Origin: Schmidtea nova
Taxonomy: Eukaryota
NCBI GenBank assembly: GCA_044892505.1
Contig: CM097882.1
Coordinates: 494,078,001 to 494,142,000 of the forward strand
Length of the DNA stretch: 64,000 nucleotides
Reading direction: 5' to 3'
The stretch's first letter is position 1, and each line of letters starts with the position of its first letter. Positions 37,303 through 49,247 of this stretch are shown piece after piece. The notes below the pieces were generated by a model that was not told the DNA's origin, made no database searches, and was given only the letters and a program-made list of their open reading frames with translations. The position numbers and the translations under genes are program-made.

Positions 37303-39419
37303 TATCTAAAGTTATTGATAAAAAATCGGCTAGCATCAGAACAGTCGTTTGTCATAACGGGGTGCATACAATCTTTCATTCGACTGAAATTGAAGTCAGC
37401 ATACTCACATCACGCATGTAACCTTTCTAGAAATTCTAAAATCAAATTACCTGGTGGTTTTTTCTTCTTCTTTTCGTAAATCGAGGTGGTGTTAATCTAT
37501 TGCTCACCTGATCGTTGACATATATATGCTTACCCACCTACAGATATGATTTTTGGTGGTTATATGATGGTAGCGAACGTTATTACGTCGATTTTGACAT
37601 CAGCCATCGATTGTTATTGTAGGCCGGTTATAGTATCGCCTCTCATTCTATTTCATTCATTTTTACATCGGCAATTTGGATTTACTTTCATACTGCAACA
37701 TACGCTCTTTCATGCAAATCCGCTCACAACATCATTCAAACAACTTGTATGTAGATCTACGGGGTTGGATTGGGGTATTAGAGGTGTAAATTCGTCCCTG
37801 ATAACCTGATTCTGGGTGGGGTATGTAGTATCGTAGCTCCTTTGTCCTCATTATTAATTCTCATATCCGCTTATGGATAATAGTTAGCTACATGGCCTGG
37901 GTTGTTGTCTATCATCTACGTTCTCGTTTGTCTTTACTTCCTATCTTTGTTCTGTGTAAATTGGTCATAAGAATGAACTATGTGCATCCTTCCCCTCCCA
38001 TTTAATTAGTACACTTATGGTCTCGCCGCATCAGCACCTCGTATAAGAATATGTTGTGCCGAGAATCCCATCAGGCCGTTAGGCCTTCGGGACGATCCTT
38101 ATGGATTTAAATATTATTATGAGGGTTTAAAATAAGTAACAATGAAATCAAATATACCTTTTATTTTCGGTACCGTTACAGTTCTTTGATCTCAATAGAT
38201 TTCAATTCACACTAGTAGGTAAGATAATTCGCTAGTGAAGTAACACTACCAAATTTCGCTGTAATAAAAAAATGACCCTCTCTACTGATTTTACTTCAGT
38301 ATTTATACTACATTGGTGTTGTTGGTCGGCCAATCAGCATCGAGTAGGTGTGTATTCATCGCTACTCATTTAGGTTTGTCAGTTTTTCTGTATAATTTAA
38401 TTCAGTGAGTTGTTTGTTTACTCATGCGGTAATTTTCTTTTGTTATGATTTATTTGATTTTAGATCTTCGGTGATGTCCGCCCACATGCTGTCATATTTT
38501 CAGATTTATCTGATTCGCATGGGTGAGTTTTTAATGTTACTTCATTTTGAATTATTCTTTTGTTGTTTTCAGATTCAGCCGCATATTGCTGACTAGTTGA
38601 TGATGGTAATTTATTTTTGTTGTTCTTTTTGTGTCAATTTATTTCGTTGATTTTATATTGCTTTTCAGATGATGACTGATTTGCCTGGCCCAACAAACAT
38701 ATTGTTTATATATTTTTCCCATCAAATTTGAATATTGTGACTTAACTAAATTGACTGGGTAAAGGAATTTGAATTTAATTTCCTTTTCCAAGAAAAATAT
38801 ATCATGTTCATGAAACTTTTGATATTTGGTTTAATTTCTTTGAATTTTCATTTGACTCAAATATTTTCTTAATTGAAATCAGTTTCTGGAAACGGAAAAT
38901 TGATTGCATTTTATGATGATAATTAATTTTGTCCTTGTATTTATACTCGTTATTTTTCATGTGCATCCAATGTAATTCGTGCATCTGAATTACACATGAT
39001 GTATGTAAGTTTATGACCTGTGTGCATCCATGAGTAATACCATGCTTCACATCTCTATTACAAATGATATTTAATTATAGTTTCAATGAGTTTATTAATT
39101 ATAAAATCTAATATCTAAAATTACTTTTTAATATTCTATCAAAAAAATTACTAGATGTACTATATCAATAAACACAATTTCTAAAAATTACTTTTTCACT
39201 AATAAAAACAATAAGATAAAAATTTTTGTCAAATACATACAAGTCTTAAACAGTAAAAACAAGTTTTAAACATGTACTAAACAATATAAAAACTATTAGT
39301 AAAATTTTAAATAAAGATATACAAGTCTATAATACAAAATAACAATAAACAAAGACAAATTAATTTTACTAAATAAAGATTCAAAAACAATTTCCAAACA
39401 TTTAAAATAAAAACAACAA

Positions 39420-39775
39420 TCAAATTCACAAGGTTCTCAGCTCCTTTTGAACAGCCATTTGTGATATTTCTGCATTACTATAGAGAGCTATCACATTTAT
39501 AGGCACAGACAATGTTAGCGCAGTAGCTTGATAGATCATCATTGAAATTGAGTAGATGATCTATCAGGACTTCATTGAGATCAATGCTGGTGACAGCTTG
39601 GATCTAATACAGCAGAAGCTCCGGAGCGCAATATTACAAGTTCTCGCATCAGTTTCGTGTATAAATGATCCATCTTAGAAATGATAACACCCATCAGTTT
39701 ATCTAAAACAAATGAGAATGTTAAAAAATATCTATTAAATAATCTAAGCTTACCATTAGAATTATTTAAAGACAT
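39420..39775 (-). pseudogene. Decayed ORF-Y, copy B
   Basis: IDHLLNFNDDLSSYCANIVCAYKC, with internal stops. Confidence 0.5.
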
Positions 39776-39870
39776 TTTGTTATAAATCTAATGAAAATGA
39801 ATTCATTATATACTAAATATTTCAACACACCATCATCCAATCAAAATCAAGTATTTTATTAGGTAATTAT

Positions 39871-40310
39871 TCAATGAGTAATAAAAAATTCTACACCATC
39901 AATCATCGATTTAATGTCGTTAATAATTTCATCAATCAAGACTTGAGAGTTTGATGTTTTTATACCAAGTATAACTCTTAAAAACTGTTAAATATGTTGA
40001 ACATATCTCAATGCCGGAATTATTTCTGGTTCATAAAAATATGTAAGATTTCCTGATAATTCATGCAAATTGACACATGTTCCAATATCTTTAATAACTG
40101 TAATTGATTGTATTTGCAAATCACTTATCTCGTATAATAAATTTCCAGCTTTAAGAGAATTTTTACATCCATTATTCTACATCTCCCTGACTTGAAAAAT
40201 ATAATTGCATACTTGCCGCTTCTATCTACAATTTGTTGTGTTTTACCTTTATGAAATTTCATATAGGAAACATAACATTTTCCTTTGTAATTTATGTTGC
40301 ATAAAGTTAT
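39871..40310 (-). pseudogene. Divergent TATA-binding-protein (TBP)-fold gene, frameshifted
   Basis: Manual translation across frameshifts: CNINYKG...YAIIFFKSGRCRIMG(C)K...DLQIQSITVIKDIGTCVNLHEL...FYEPEIIPALRY...VFKS..VILGIK. This parallels TBP TALIFSSGKMVCTG...DFKIQNMVGSCDV...SYEPELFPGLIY...IFVSGKVVLTGAK. Confidence 0.7.
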
Positions 40311-40389
40311 TTAACTGATTATTTTTCAAATACTTTTGCAAAACGTATGACAATGAATTAAAACAAATATAAACAAGTAATATCTTAAA

Positions 40390-41032
40390 ATGGAATTAAG
40401 AAATGATACAGTTTATCAAATTGTTGGTCCTAGTGAAAGTGGAAAAACATTATTTGTAAATTATTACAATTAAAATTGTTCAAATCAAAATTTAACAAAA
40501 TATATTGGCATAGATGAGCTGATGATGAAAATGGATCGACTCAAGATCAATTTTGTAAGATAAAAATGACTATAATAAAGGGTTTCGATAAAAACTGGTC
40601 ATCTAGATTACGACAAGGTAATGTAATTATAATTGATGACTTGTATCAAGAAGAGAATAAAGAAAAGAAATTTAATAATTTATTTACTAAAATCGCTAGA
40701 CAGTGTCACAGTTAAATTTATTACACAGAATTTATTTCGCCAAAGTGGCAGTCATCGAACTCGTAATTTGAATGTTCAATATCTAGTTATTTTTAAAAAT
40801 CCTAGAGATGCCAGTTATTGATTCTCTTGCAAGACAGGCTTACCATAATAATCGGAATTTCTTGATCAATGTATTTCAAGATGCAACTATAGTCTTACAT
40901 TGTTATATTTTTCTTAATTTTACTCAACAATGCAATGATGAATTACGTGTTAGAACTGATATTTCAACAAAGAAGGAGCCATGGTTTATAAAAAAAGTTA
41001 AACTCGTGTTCAAAATTAATCATGAAAATTAA
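40390..41032 (+). pseudogene. A32/FtsK-like packaging ATPase of Polinton/Maverick type, frameshifted
   Basis: Walker A VGPSESGKT, Walker B VIIIDDL, ITQNLF, NLNVQYLVIFKNPRD, LARQ, CYIFLNFTQQCNDELRVRTDI. Confidence 0.85.
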
Positions 41033-42214
41033 AGCACGTGTCAAACATCCAAAATTATCGAAACTTATAAAATTTATTAAAAAGATTCGTGAAACAATAA
41101 TTCCATTATTATATACAACCTAGTCTATTTGGTTATAATTTATTATGTCTAATTATTTATATTATAACCTTTTATTTGTGCTTTGGAGGAATTGTAGTTA
41201 TTGATGATCTGAGAAAGAAAATCGAGATAAATATTGTAATATGAAACAATATAGATCGAGATCTAATAGTTTTCTTTCAATTAAAAATAATACGAAAATA
41301 CATTTGTTAAAATTTAATTTATAAATAAAGCTTATAGTAAATTTATTGATTTTGTTTTAATGCCTTTGTAAAAACACGATCGGGCGGTAGTTTTATTAAT
41401 CAAAATTTGATAATAAATTAATGACTAACGAAATAACAAAAATTAAGCCATATTCACATCACAAGATTTTTTATTTTATTTTTTAACGCAAAGTAGATTA
41501 AATGACAACGCAAACGGAATTTTAGGAAGAAAATAAAACATCATACAAAATGGAAAATCCCAAAACAAGACTCACGCTAACCGAGGTATTGGTGTATTTA
41601 ATTAATATTTATACAGTATATTATTTTTAATTTTTTTTGGAGTCATCCCTATCCTTTTAGATATTATCATGATTATTATCTAAATTCACCCGTAAGTTGA
41701 GGTTTATCTATAGAATACCAGACGGAAACAGAAATCACACGTCTTTTATCGAAGTCAAGTAAATTGGAAGCAGTGGTCAACACAAAGTCCCAAATTGGGC
41801 TATTATCTACAGTGTACAATAGCAACTAGTGAGTTTACTGTAAGATCGTAAAGTTACTCTGTATTAAAGTAATTACGATGGGATGTGTGCTACTAGAAAA
41901 ATCCAAATGACTCATTTTGGAAGAATAAAGCCTGAATTATCGATACGATTCCTATTGGATTGATCACATCTTCCAATTATTTGAAATCATCCCTATCATG
42001 CCATGAATTGTTGCTATTATATATTTTATAATTTGCTAACTTGACTTAATTTAAATTCTAGATATTACATCAAAATTAATTTGATTCAAATAAACGAATT
42101 ATCAAATGCGAAATTTGGAAATTAAAAAAAATATTTTAAATAATGCATTCATCTTAAGAATAACCAATAAGAAAATGAAAAATAAGAAAAATCAATTTTT
42201 AATATACATACAAT

Positions 42215-42220
<6 letters not shown>

Positions 42221-42303
<83 letters not shown>
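42221..42303. repeat. (TA)n microsatellite
   Basis: About 80 bp TA run. Confidence 0.95.
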
Positions 42304-43285
42304 TTAAGAAATCTAACTTTATTTGTTAATAGTTAAACTAGATGAAACCAGTGAAAAATCACGTGATGTAATGACACATTAAAAATATTTTTCATAGATT
42401 AATAATTTAATTTTAATTATCTTATTATATTTTAAAAATACTCCGCTACCGACCAACAATAACAATTTTATATTTTTAATTATCTTTAATAATAATAAAT
42501 GTATTTGCAACATTAAATTACTGTAATTAATTACTTAAAAATATTAAGTATATTGGACTAGCCTCCTTAAAACAAATAGAACAAATAGAAAGCCGGTTTT
42601 CTCATGAAATCGTTCCGAATTATGTACTTTTCCCAAAAGTTATAAATATCAATGGAATTTTGATGAATTTTATGGGGTTTGTCTCTAGAAAACAATGGCA
42701 AATGAATAATAAGCAATCAGTTATAATATGGCTATGTGATATATCTAACAAGAAAATTCGCTAATAAAGCTAATCTGGCGTTGTTGCCAAGTAAAGAATC
42801 TTTCTTTGAAAACAAATAAATCAGCGGTTTGTGATGTGTATAGATCCTAAAAAACGGCCCTAAAGTAAATATTTAAAATGTTTAACCGACTCACAAATAG
42901 CGAGAAGCTATAACAGCTTGTGGAATAGGAAATTTAGATATTGTATCTAGTCTGTCAGATAACGAACGACCGCCTTGACCTGAGATAATGTGACCCAAAA
43001 AATAAATTTCCTCTTTAAAAAATAAACACTTTTAAGAATTATTCTTTAGATTGTTATTAGAAAGTGCACAAAGAACCGCATTGAAGTGTTTCATGTGTGT
43101 TTCTGCGACATTAGAACCAATAATAATATCGCCAATATACGAAATGGCGAAAGGTAAATCCATCAAAATATAATCAATATGCCTTTGAAAAGTTTGGTGG
43201 AATTTTTAGGATCACTACATTCACTGAGTCACGAATCTAATGATACGATAGAAAGCAACAAGGAAACGAAATGAACAGTTACTTA

Positions 43286-43720
43286 TGTTGGGTTCTCATA
43301 TACACAAAAATTTGTAACATCTAGTAAAATAGCACAAACAATTGATCAAGGAAATAAAAATAAAATATCAAGTTAAAAGGATAAAGAAAGAAATACAAAA
43401 CGGAGAAAACATGATAATAGGAAAAGGAAATGATTAAAATAAAAATAAAAACAAATAAATCCAAAAGGAACATAAAAATATGGAAAAAGAGAATAAATTA
43501 TAATTAAATTAAATAAATAAAAGAATTTAATACAAGCAATAAGAAAAACAACCAATTGAAATAAAATAGAAAAATTGTAAATCGACTTATTTAGCCAATA
43601 AAAAAGCTGGATCAATTTTCATTGGCTGCTTGAGCGCCAAAATTTGTATATAAGAGGCGCTCAAGTCAGTTGAGAGAGCATTAATTTTTAACCTATTCTT
43701 GCGAGAGCATTTGTTAGCAC
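43286..43720 (+). mobile_element. 5' end of a TG...CA family member or related LTR
   Basis: TGTTGGG start, A-rich tract, ATTGG 43621, TATATAAG 43647, TCAGT 43666; same spacing as copies 1-3. Confidence 0.55.
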
Positions 43721-43729
43721 ATTCTTTCT

Positions 43730-45710
43730 GGTCTCATGATAAAACAGAACATTACAGAACAGAACGTGCTAAAACATAACAAGAAAAAACAGAGCACGTA
43801 CAAAACAGAACTACGACAAATCAGAACAGTCACAAAACAGAACAGGTATAAAACAAAACTATGACGAATCAGAACAGGATAAAAATAAAACATCTGTTAT
43901 TTGTTATCTCTATACGTGCCATGTTGCCTGGCTTGCTAATTTGTTCTTAATATGCTTTTTATTAATCCGATTATCAGAAAAGTTAGTCCTTCGCTATAAT
44001 GCAATTTCCAATAAGTATATAATGGTTTTCAACATATCAAATTTATTCAGTGTCTTTTTGCATCTTCGCGTGGCACTTGAATTTTTCGTTGTGAAAACGT
44101 GTTAACAGTTATATTATCAGTCTTTTTACAAGGTAAGCATTTATAATTTTATATCGTATTATTATTATCTGTTCATAAAATCTACATAACATAACAAAGG
44201 TAAAATATAATATTAATTATAAATTTGTTTTTTAAAAGATCCATCGTCTTGGAATATTCAGTGACTCGGCAAGGAAATACAGTCTTACTCTACCAGGGAT
44301 ATGAGTAGTACTCATTGAGTACATAAAGTATAGAGAAAATGATTCCAAGGTAATTACCTGGAGATGCAGAGTTTATTTTTCTACTAAATGCAAAGCATTC
44401 TTGAGGACACAAGGAAATATCATTGGAGAGGTACCATGACACTGCCATAATTCCAAATCCCCAGAAAGCACGAGCAAATACCCTGTAAGCTAAGATGAAA
44501 CAAGTTATGAAGGCAGTTGGCGCAACTCCCAGAAATATAATGGGAAATGTTTTAACCGATGTAAGCAATAATGTTTTGGAACATTTACCGAAAAATCCTC
44601 CCTCACAAGGACACTTTTCAAACATAAGGGTACTTCTATCCGCAATCCCCCTACAATTGATTTTATCATCCCAGAGAAGTATGCTGACCTGATTATACAT
44701 GATACGGGAACTAATGACCCAGAGAAAAAATTGGCAATAGGAAATGGAGATCTGGTTAAAGAATTACAAAAGGATGTCATTTATGGGGATGTGATATTCA
44801 ATAAACACCCAGCATGTTTTATCAACTGTATATTTGGCAATTCCTATACTCCATGCATTTATTTTCCATTGCATAAAAAATATGGAGACATATTCAAGAA
44901 TGTTTGCCGTTTTGCAACAATTGCAGCCGAATTAAAAACCAGCAAAGATTCTTGTTGATTTCGAAAAAGCATGCATGTCTACTGCTCAAGTTGCTTTTCC
45001 AGAAGCAATTATAACAGGATGCTATTTTCACCTGTGCCAGAGTGACCTTAGGTACATAAATAGTGTTGGCTTGAAAACAGCATATGAGTCAAATATTGAA
45101 ATTAAATTGACAATAAAGTCATTACCTGCTTTAGCATTTGTGCCAATAGACCAAACAAGAATGGTTTTTGAAATATTAGCTGCTTCATTTCCAGACGAGG
45201 ATAGCTATAATGAAGTACTAACGTATTTTTTTCAACATATGTGGAAGGAATTGCAGGGAGATCTCCTGTATTCCCAATCCAGACTTGGAATCACCATGAG
45301 GCCGCTATAGATGGATGTACCAAGACAGCAAATTGTTGTGAAGGATTTCATAATGCGCTAAATTCAATATTCGATTGCAGCCACCCAAGCATTTGGAGTT
45401 TATTAGGCGGCTTAAGGCGCTATATTTCGGGTCAACGGCTAATTTTAGCGAATGCACAAACAGGTCGCCCAGAGGTGACGAATAAAAAATACGATATATA
45501 AGCCAATAAAGTTGCTGCAATTGTACAGAACTATGCTGAAGAGGATGAGAAACTAAAGTTTTTACGCCGGATGGCCAATTTTCAATAATTGTTTTCTTGT
45601 ATTGTATATATTGTGTAAATATTTTTGTAGAATAATAATGCTATAGTATATTAATAAATATTTTTTTGTTCTGATTCGTCGTAGTTTTGTTCTATACCTG
45701 TTGTTTCAGC
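43730..45710 (+). mobile_element. Mutator-like (MULE) element with disrupted transposase
   Basis: Inverted repeats 43838-43876 / 45667-45702 built of cagaac subrepeats. Frames 44270-45590 include GCYFHLCQS, IKSLPALAFVP, WNHH...KTANCCEGFHNALNS....HPSIWSLL. Confidence 0.85.
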
Positions 45711-45729
45711 CAAAGTTTATTACTTTTAT

Positions 45730-46748
45730 TATTGTTATTAAGAGAGTATATCGTCGGGACAGGAAATGGGTGTGGCGACATGGATAGAAGTTATGTTAAT
45801 AAAATTAGATATTCAGAAATACATAAATACTCAAGTAAAGATGGATAGTGAGATACTAGGAAGGTTAAAGCAAAAGATCTTGGACCTGGAAAGCAGTTAT
45901 TTTCCGCCGGCCGAGATGAAAAGAGCAAGAAATAAGTTAGCACGCACAACCGTGGTCATCGAAGACCAAAGGATCGAAATTGCAGCCTTGAAAATCGAAT
46001 TGAACAACTGTAGGAAGTTGACATCCCAGAGGTTTATCGCTGATAACCTAAAGTACGTAATCAGACCAATAACGTTGACAACATGGTTCTCAGTGACAGA
46101 ACAGGAGAAAGAGAGTGCTAATGAGATAACCGATGGAATACCCCGAACACCCAAGAAGAGGCGCAAAACGCATGCGCAGCGGCGTCGTCAAGCGAAAAAG
46201 CGACAGGAGGAAGACCTCAAGAAAACATCGACCAATTCAAGCTCCACGGATATTCTAAAATAACGGACTAACTGACTGAATTGATGTCACAAAAATGTCA
46301 TAATGATTAAATATATGTATTCTAAAATTGCAGTGATTGTTTTGTATAGTAAATGTAGAAATTTCGTAGTATTTAAAATTAATAGTTAAAACCTTTTCCG
46401 ACGAATAAACGAGTATGAAAGATTCGTAACGAGTTGAGAGAAACACCCGAAATTAGTGACCAGCGAATGGGTGAGTGGGGAAAAACCAAGATGACCTTCT
46501 ATCGGTCCTGTAGAACTCGAACGAGCGACAAATCGAGAGTAGTTATGCTAACGAAGCTCACCTGTCGATTTGCGATCGGCCGTCATGCACAGTACCAACG
46601 TAAATAACTAGGGTATTTACGGGTGCGTGGGCGGTAAGGATTTTATGTGCGTGTCCAACCCTAGCAAGAGCATAACCAGGATATAGCGAAACGCAGTGAA
46701 ATTGGAAGGGTTACCATTTGAGTTTATTTCTAACGAGACACGCCAACA
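45730..46748 (+). mobile_element. 3' part of a TG...CA family member (copy 4)
   Basis: ORF-B homologue, ACCTTCTATCGG 46494-46505, GCTCACCTG 46556-46564, CAGTACCAAC 46590-46599, stem CTAGGGT/ACCCTAG, end CGCCAACA. Confidence 0.78.
45766..46263 (+). CDS. Diverged ORF-B homologue (165 aa; probable start 45841)
   Basis: YFPP, LKIELNNC, VIRPIT..W, KKRRKTHAQRRRQAKKR align with ORF-B WFSP, KLELHNY, LIRPIT..RW and the Arg-rich tail. Confidence 0.65.
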   Translation: MGVATWIEVMLIKLDIQKYINTQVKMDSEILGRLKQKILDLESSYFPPAEMKRARNKLARTTVVIEDQRIEIAALKIELNNCRKLTSQRFIADNLKYVIRPITLTTWFSVTEQEKESANEITDGIPRTPKKRRKTHAQRRRQAKKRQEEDLKKTSTNSSSTDILK

Positions 46749-47690
46749 ATAATTCCGGTAATTCACTAGAAAATTTCATCTAACGTTATTAATTATGACT
46801 TCAGAAAATGTATCAAGGAGTACCGCAAACGGAACAGAAATGCGCAACATTTGTATAGCTAGACAAGAAAATGAAAAGCAGGACAAAGGAGGGAAGGGTA
46901 AATACCCTTCCTGGCGCAACACTTGAAACGTGCCGATGAGAATGATTTTTGAGAACCCGAGAGCGTAAATGGCAAATTTTGCGTACATAATGTTTCTGAT
47001 TTTATTGGATGTAGTGTTACCTAAGAAGTAAAATGGAAGATATTGTATGAATTTTGTCGTACATGCACAAAATATTTGACTGGTGGCAAAACGGAAATCG
47101 AAAAGACAATTTGGTATAACATGTGGTTTTCTCCCATCCTTCTTAAAAGAATTTGAGTTTCACTGCTGAGTTAGTACGAGTTAAAATCACCGAGTTTCTA
47201 CTGGTTATTGTTAACAATATTTTGTTTATGAAATGTTCAATGGTTTTTATTAAAGACTTTATGGAATCATTAAATGTTTTAATTTTTCTTTACAATCAGG
47301 TATAATTAACTAAGTTATAATACTCAACGCATTGATATTTCATAAAAGGTTAACCAACACAATAATAAATTACGCTAAAGCGTACGTTTGAGCTGCAAAA
47401 AATATGTTTTGAAGGCTTCAAAGTATTTCACAGTAATCGTGACAATATAAGAAAGCAATTGTAAATTAGCAAAGTTTTATTTATATTAAAAACTATATTA
47501 ATTGACGTAATAAGAAGTTTATACTAAATATTTTATTAACGAATTAACTGTAAAGAACTTTTAAAATAAGAAAATGAATCATATTCATATAAGAACAATT
47601 CATCAACCGTTAAAAATAATTTGGCAAAATATTTAAATTTTAATTTATTGGTAGACTTAAATTTCGTTAATAAACGTAAGACTAAATTAG

Positions 47691-49247
47691 GGTTCTTGTT
47701 TGATATTTCCCCCCCCTTAATTGGACTGTCAAATAATTTAAATTTAAATTTATAATAGAATTATACCAATCTATCAGCGTCTGTGTGCGCTGCTATTTTC
47801 TTTATTCGCGTCTGTGTGCGCGTTCTAGTTTGATGTGGATTTTTAATGGAATTTGGTAATTCTGATTTTTAGATTTGTAATTGATTTATTTTAGATTTGA
47901 GATTTAATTGGATTTTAGGATTTGTTTAAATAGTCGAATTGGGAAGTTTTAATTCTTCTGGAAATTTGGATTTAGTTTCGATATTTTTTGGTTCGGGAGT
48001 TATTAAAGTTGAATTTTTGGGACCTTTTGAAATGCTTTCTTTGTTTAGAGCTGTGATTTGAACTTATTGGAGTTGATTCAAAAAATACGATGAGATTTTG
48101 GGAAGTTGGGAGAGGCGAAATATTAGACAGAAATATTTCCCCCCCACTTAATTGGACTGTCAAATAATTTAAATTTAAATTTATAATAGAATTATACCTA
48201 TTTATAAAAGAGTTATACCTACCTATTTAATTCAAAGTTTTATAATAGAATTATTGATCTACCTATGAATGCAAACAATCTATTTGAGCGAACACGGACT
48301 CCGCTGTCAACACTACTACTTTGTCAAGAATTGGGATTGATACCCTTGAATAAACTGTGCACTGTTTGTGGGCAACAAAAAGACTTAGTAGCATGTACTA
48401 AGACCAACTCCCCTTTCCGCTGGCGTTGTAAACGGCCTTGCCGTCTAGAATTAAGTATTCGTGGCGGGACTTTCTTTGAGGCTTCAAAGCTCGATATCAA
48501 AGAAATCCTGTTTTTCATCTACTATTGGGCATACGAGGAGTGTTCCTTCAAAAAGATTCGTCGTGAATTGGGCTGGCACTCACAAGCAATTGTGGATTGG
48601 AAATCGTATTTGCGCGAGGTTTGTGCGCTGCAATTAATGCAGGAAAATTCGGTGATTGGTGGTGAAGGACACGTAGTTCAGATTGATGAATCTTTATTCG
48701 TGCGAAGAAAATATAATGTGGGACGAATGCCCAGGCAACAATGGGTTTTCGGTGGCATCGATTCCACTAAAAAAGAATGTTTTCTGTTGTGTGTTCCTCG
48801 GCGTGATACAGCGACGTTACTGCCAATAATACGTGATAGGACCGCCCCAGGAACAACTATTGTAAGCGATCTATGGGCAGCATACAATACTATCGGTTTG
48901 GAAGGATATAATCACTTGACAGTAAACCATTCGATTAATTTCGTTGATCCCGTCACTTTCGCCAATACGCAAAGAATGGAGAATATGTGGATGAGAGTTA
49001 AGCGTAGAAATAAAAGAGAATGCGGAACGAGTTCTGATTTACTCGATACTTATTTGCAAGAATTCATGTGGAGAGAAAGATTTGGAGGTGATACCTTTAA
49101 GCGTATTATTGACGCAATTAAATTTGTCTTGCTGAATTAATACTATACACAACTATTTTATTACTTATTAAATAAATTTAAATTGCGTATGTTATATTTT
49201 TATTTTATAATTTAATTTTAAGTGGGGGGAAATATCAAACAAGAACC
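47691..49247 (+). mobile_element. Merlin (IS1016/ISXO2-like) DNA transposon, apparently intact
   Basis: TIR GGTTCTTGTTTGATATTTCCCCCC at both ends; perfect 8-bp TSD TAAATTAG. Confidence 0.93.
48265..49140 (+). CDS. Merlin/ISXO2-like DDE transposase (291 aa)
   Basis: N-terminal Cys finger, VQIDES, QWVFGG, IVSDLWAAY, VNHSINFVDP, NTQRMENMW, YLQEFMWR; no stops. Confidence 0.92.
   Translation: MNANNLFERTRTPLSTLLLCQELGLIPLNKLCTVCGQQKDLVACTKTNSPFRWRCKRPCRLELSIRGGTFFEASKLDIKEILFFIYYWAYEECSFKKIRRELGWHSQAIVDWKSYLREVCALQLMQENSVIGGEGHVVQIDESLFVRRKYNVGRMPRQQWVFGGIDSTKKECFLLCVPRRDTATLLPIIRDRTAPGTTIVSDLWAAYNTIGLEGYNHLTVNHSINFVDPVTFANTQRMENMWMRVKRRNKRECGTSSDLLDTYLQEFMWRERFGGDTFKRIIDAIKFVLLN

Larger units (their letters stand above)
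35386..38695 (-). mobile_element. TG...CA family, copy 2 (3310 bp)
   Basis: Ends TGCTGG / CCCAACA on the + strand, perfect TSD AACA (35382-35385 and 38696-38699). High DNA similarity to copy 1 at both ends and over ORF-B. Confidence 0.9.
35135..39050 (-). pseudogene. ORF-X copy B, split by insertion of TG...CA copy 2
   Basis: Removing 35386-38695 and one TSD restores an open frame NLMGKIYKQYVVVNKVL...WFIYITIQG, followed by VMSPIWRIYSARFA. Confidence 0.65.

Noticed and set aside
43740-43880. CRISPR-like or other regularly spaced array
   Set aside because: Irregular cagaac subrepeats of a MULE TIR in a eukaryotic context; no constant repeat-spacer pattern or cas genes.
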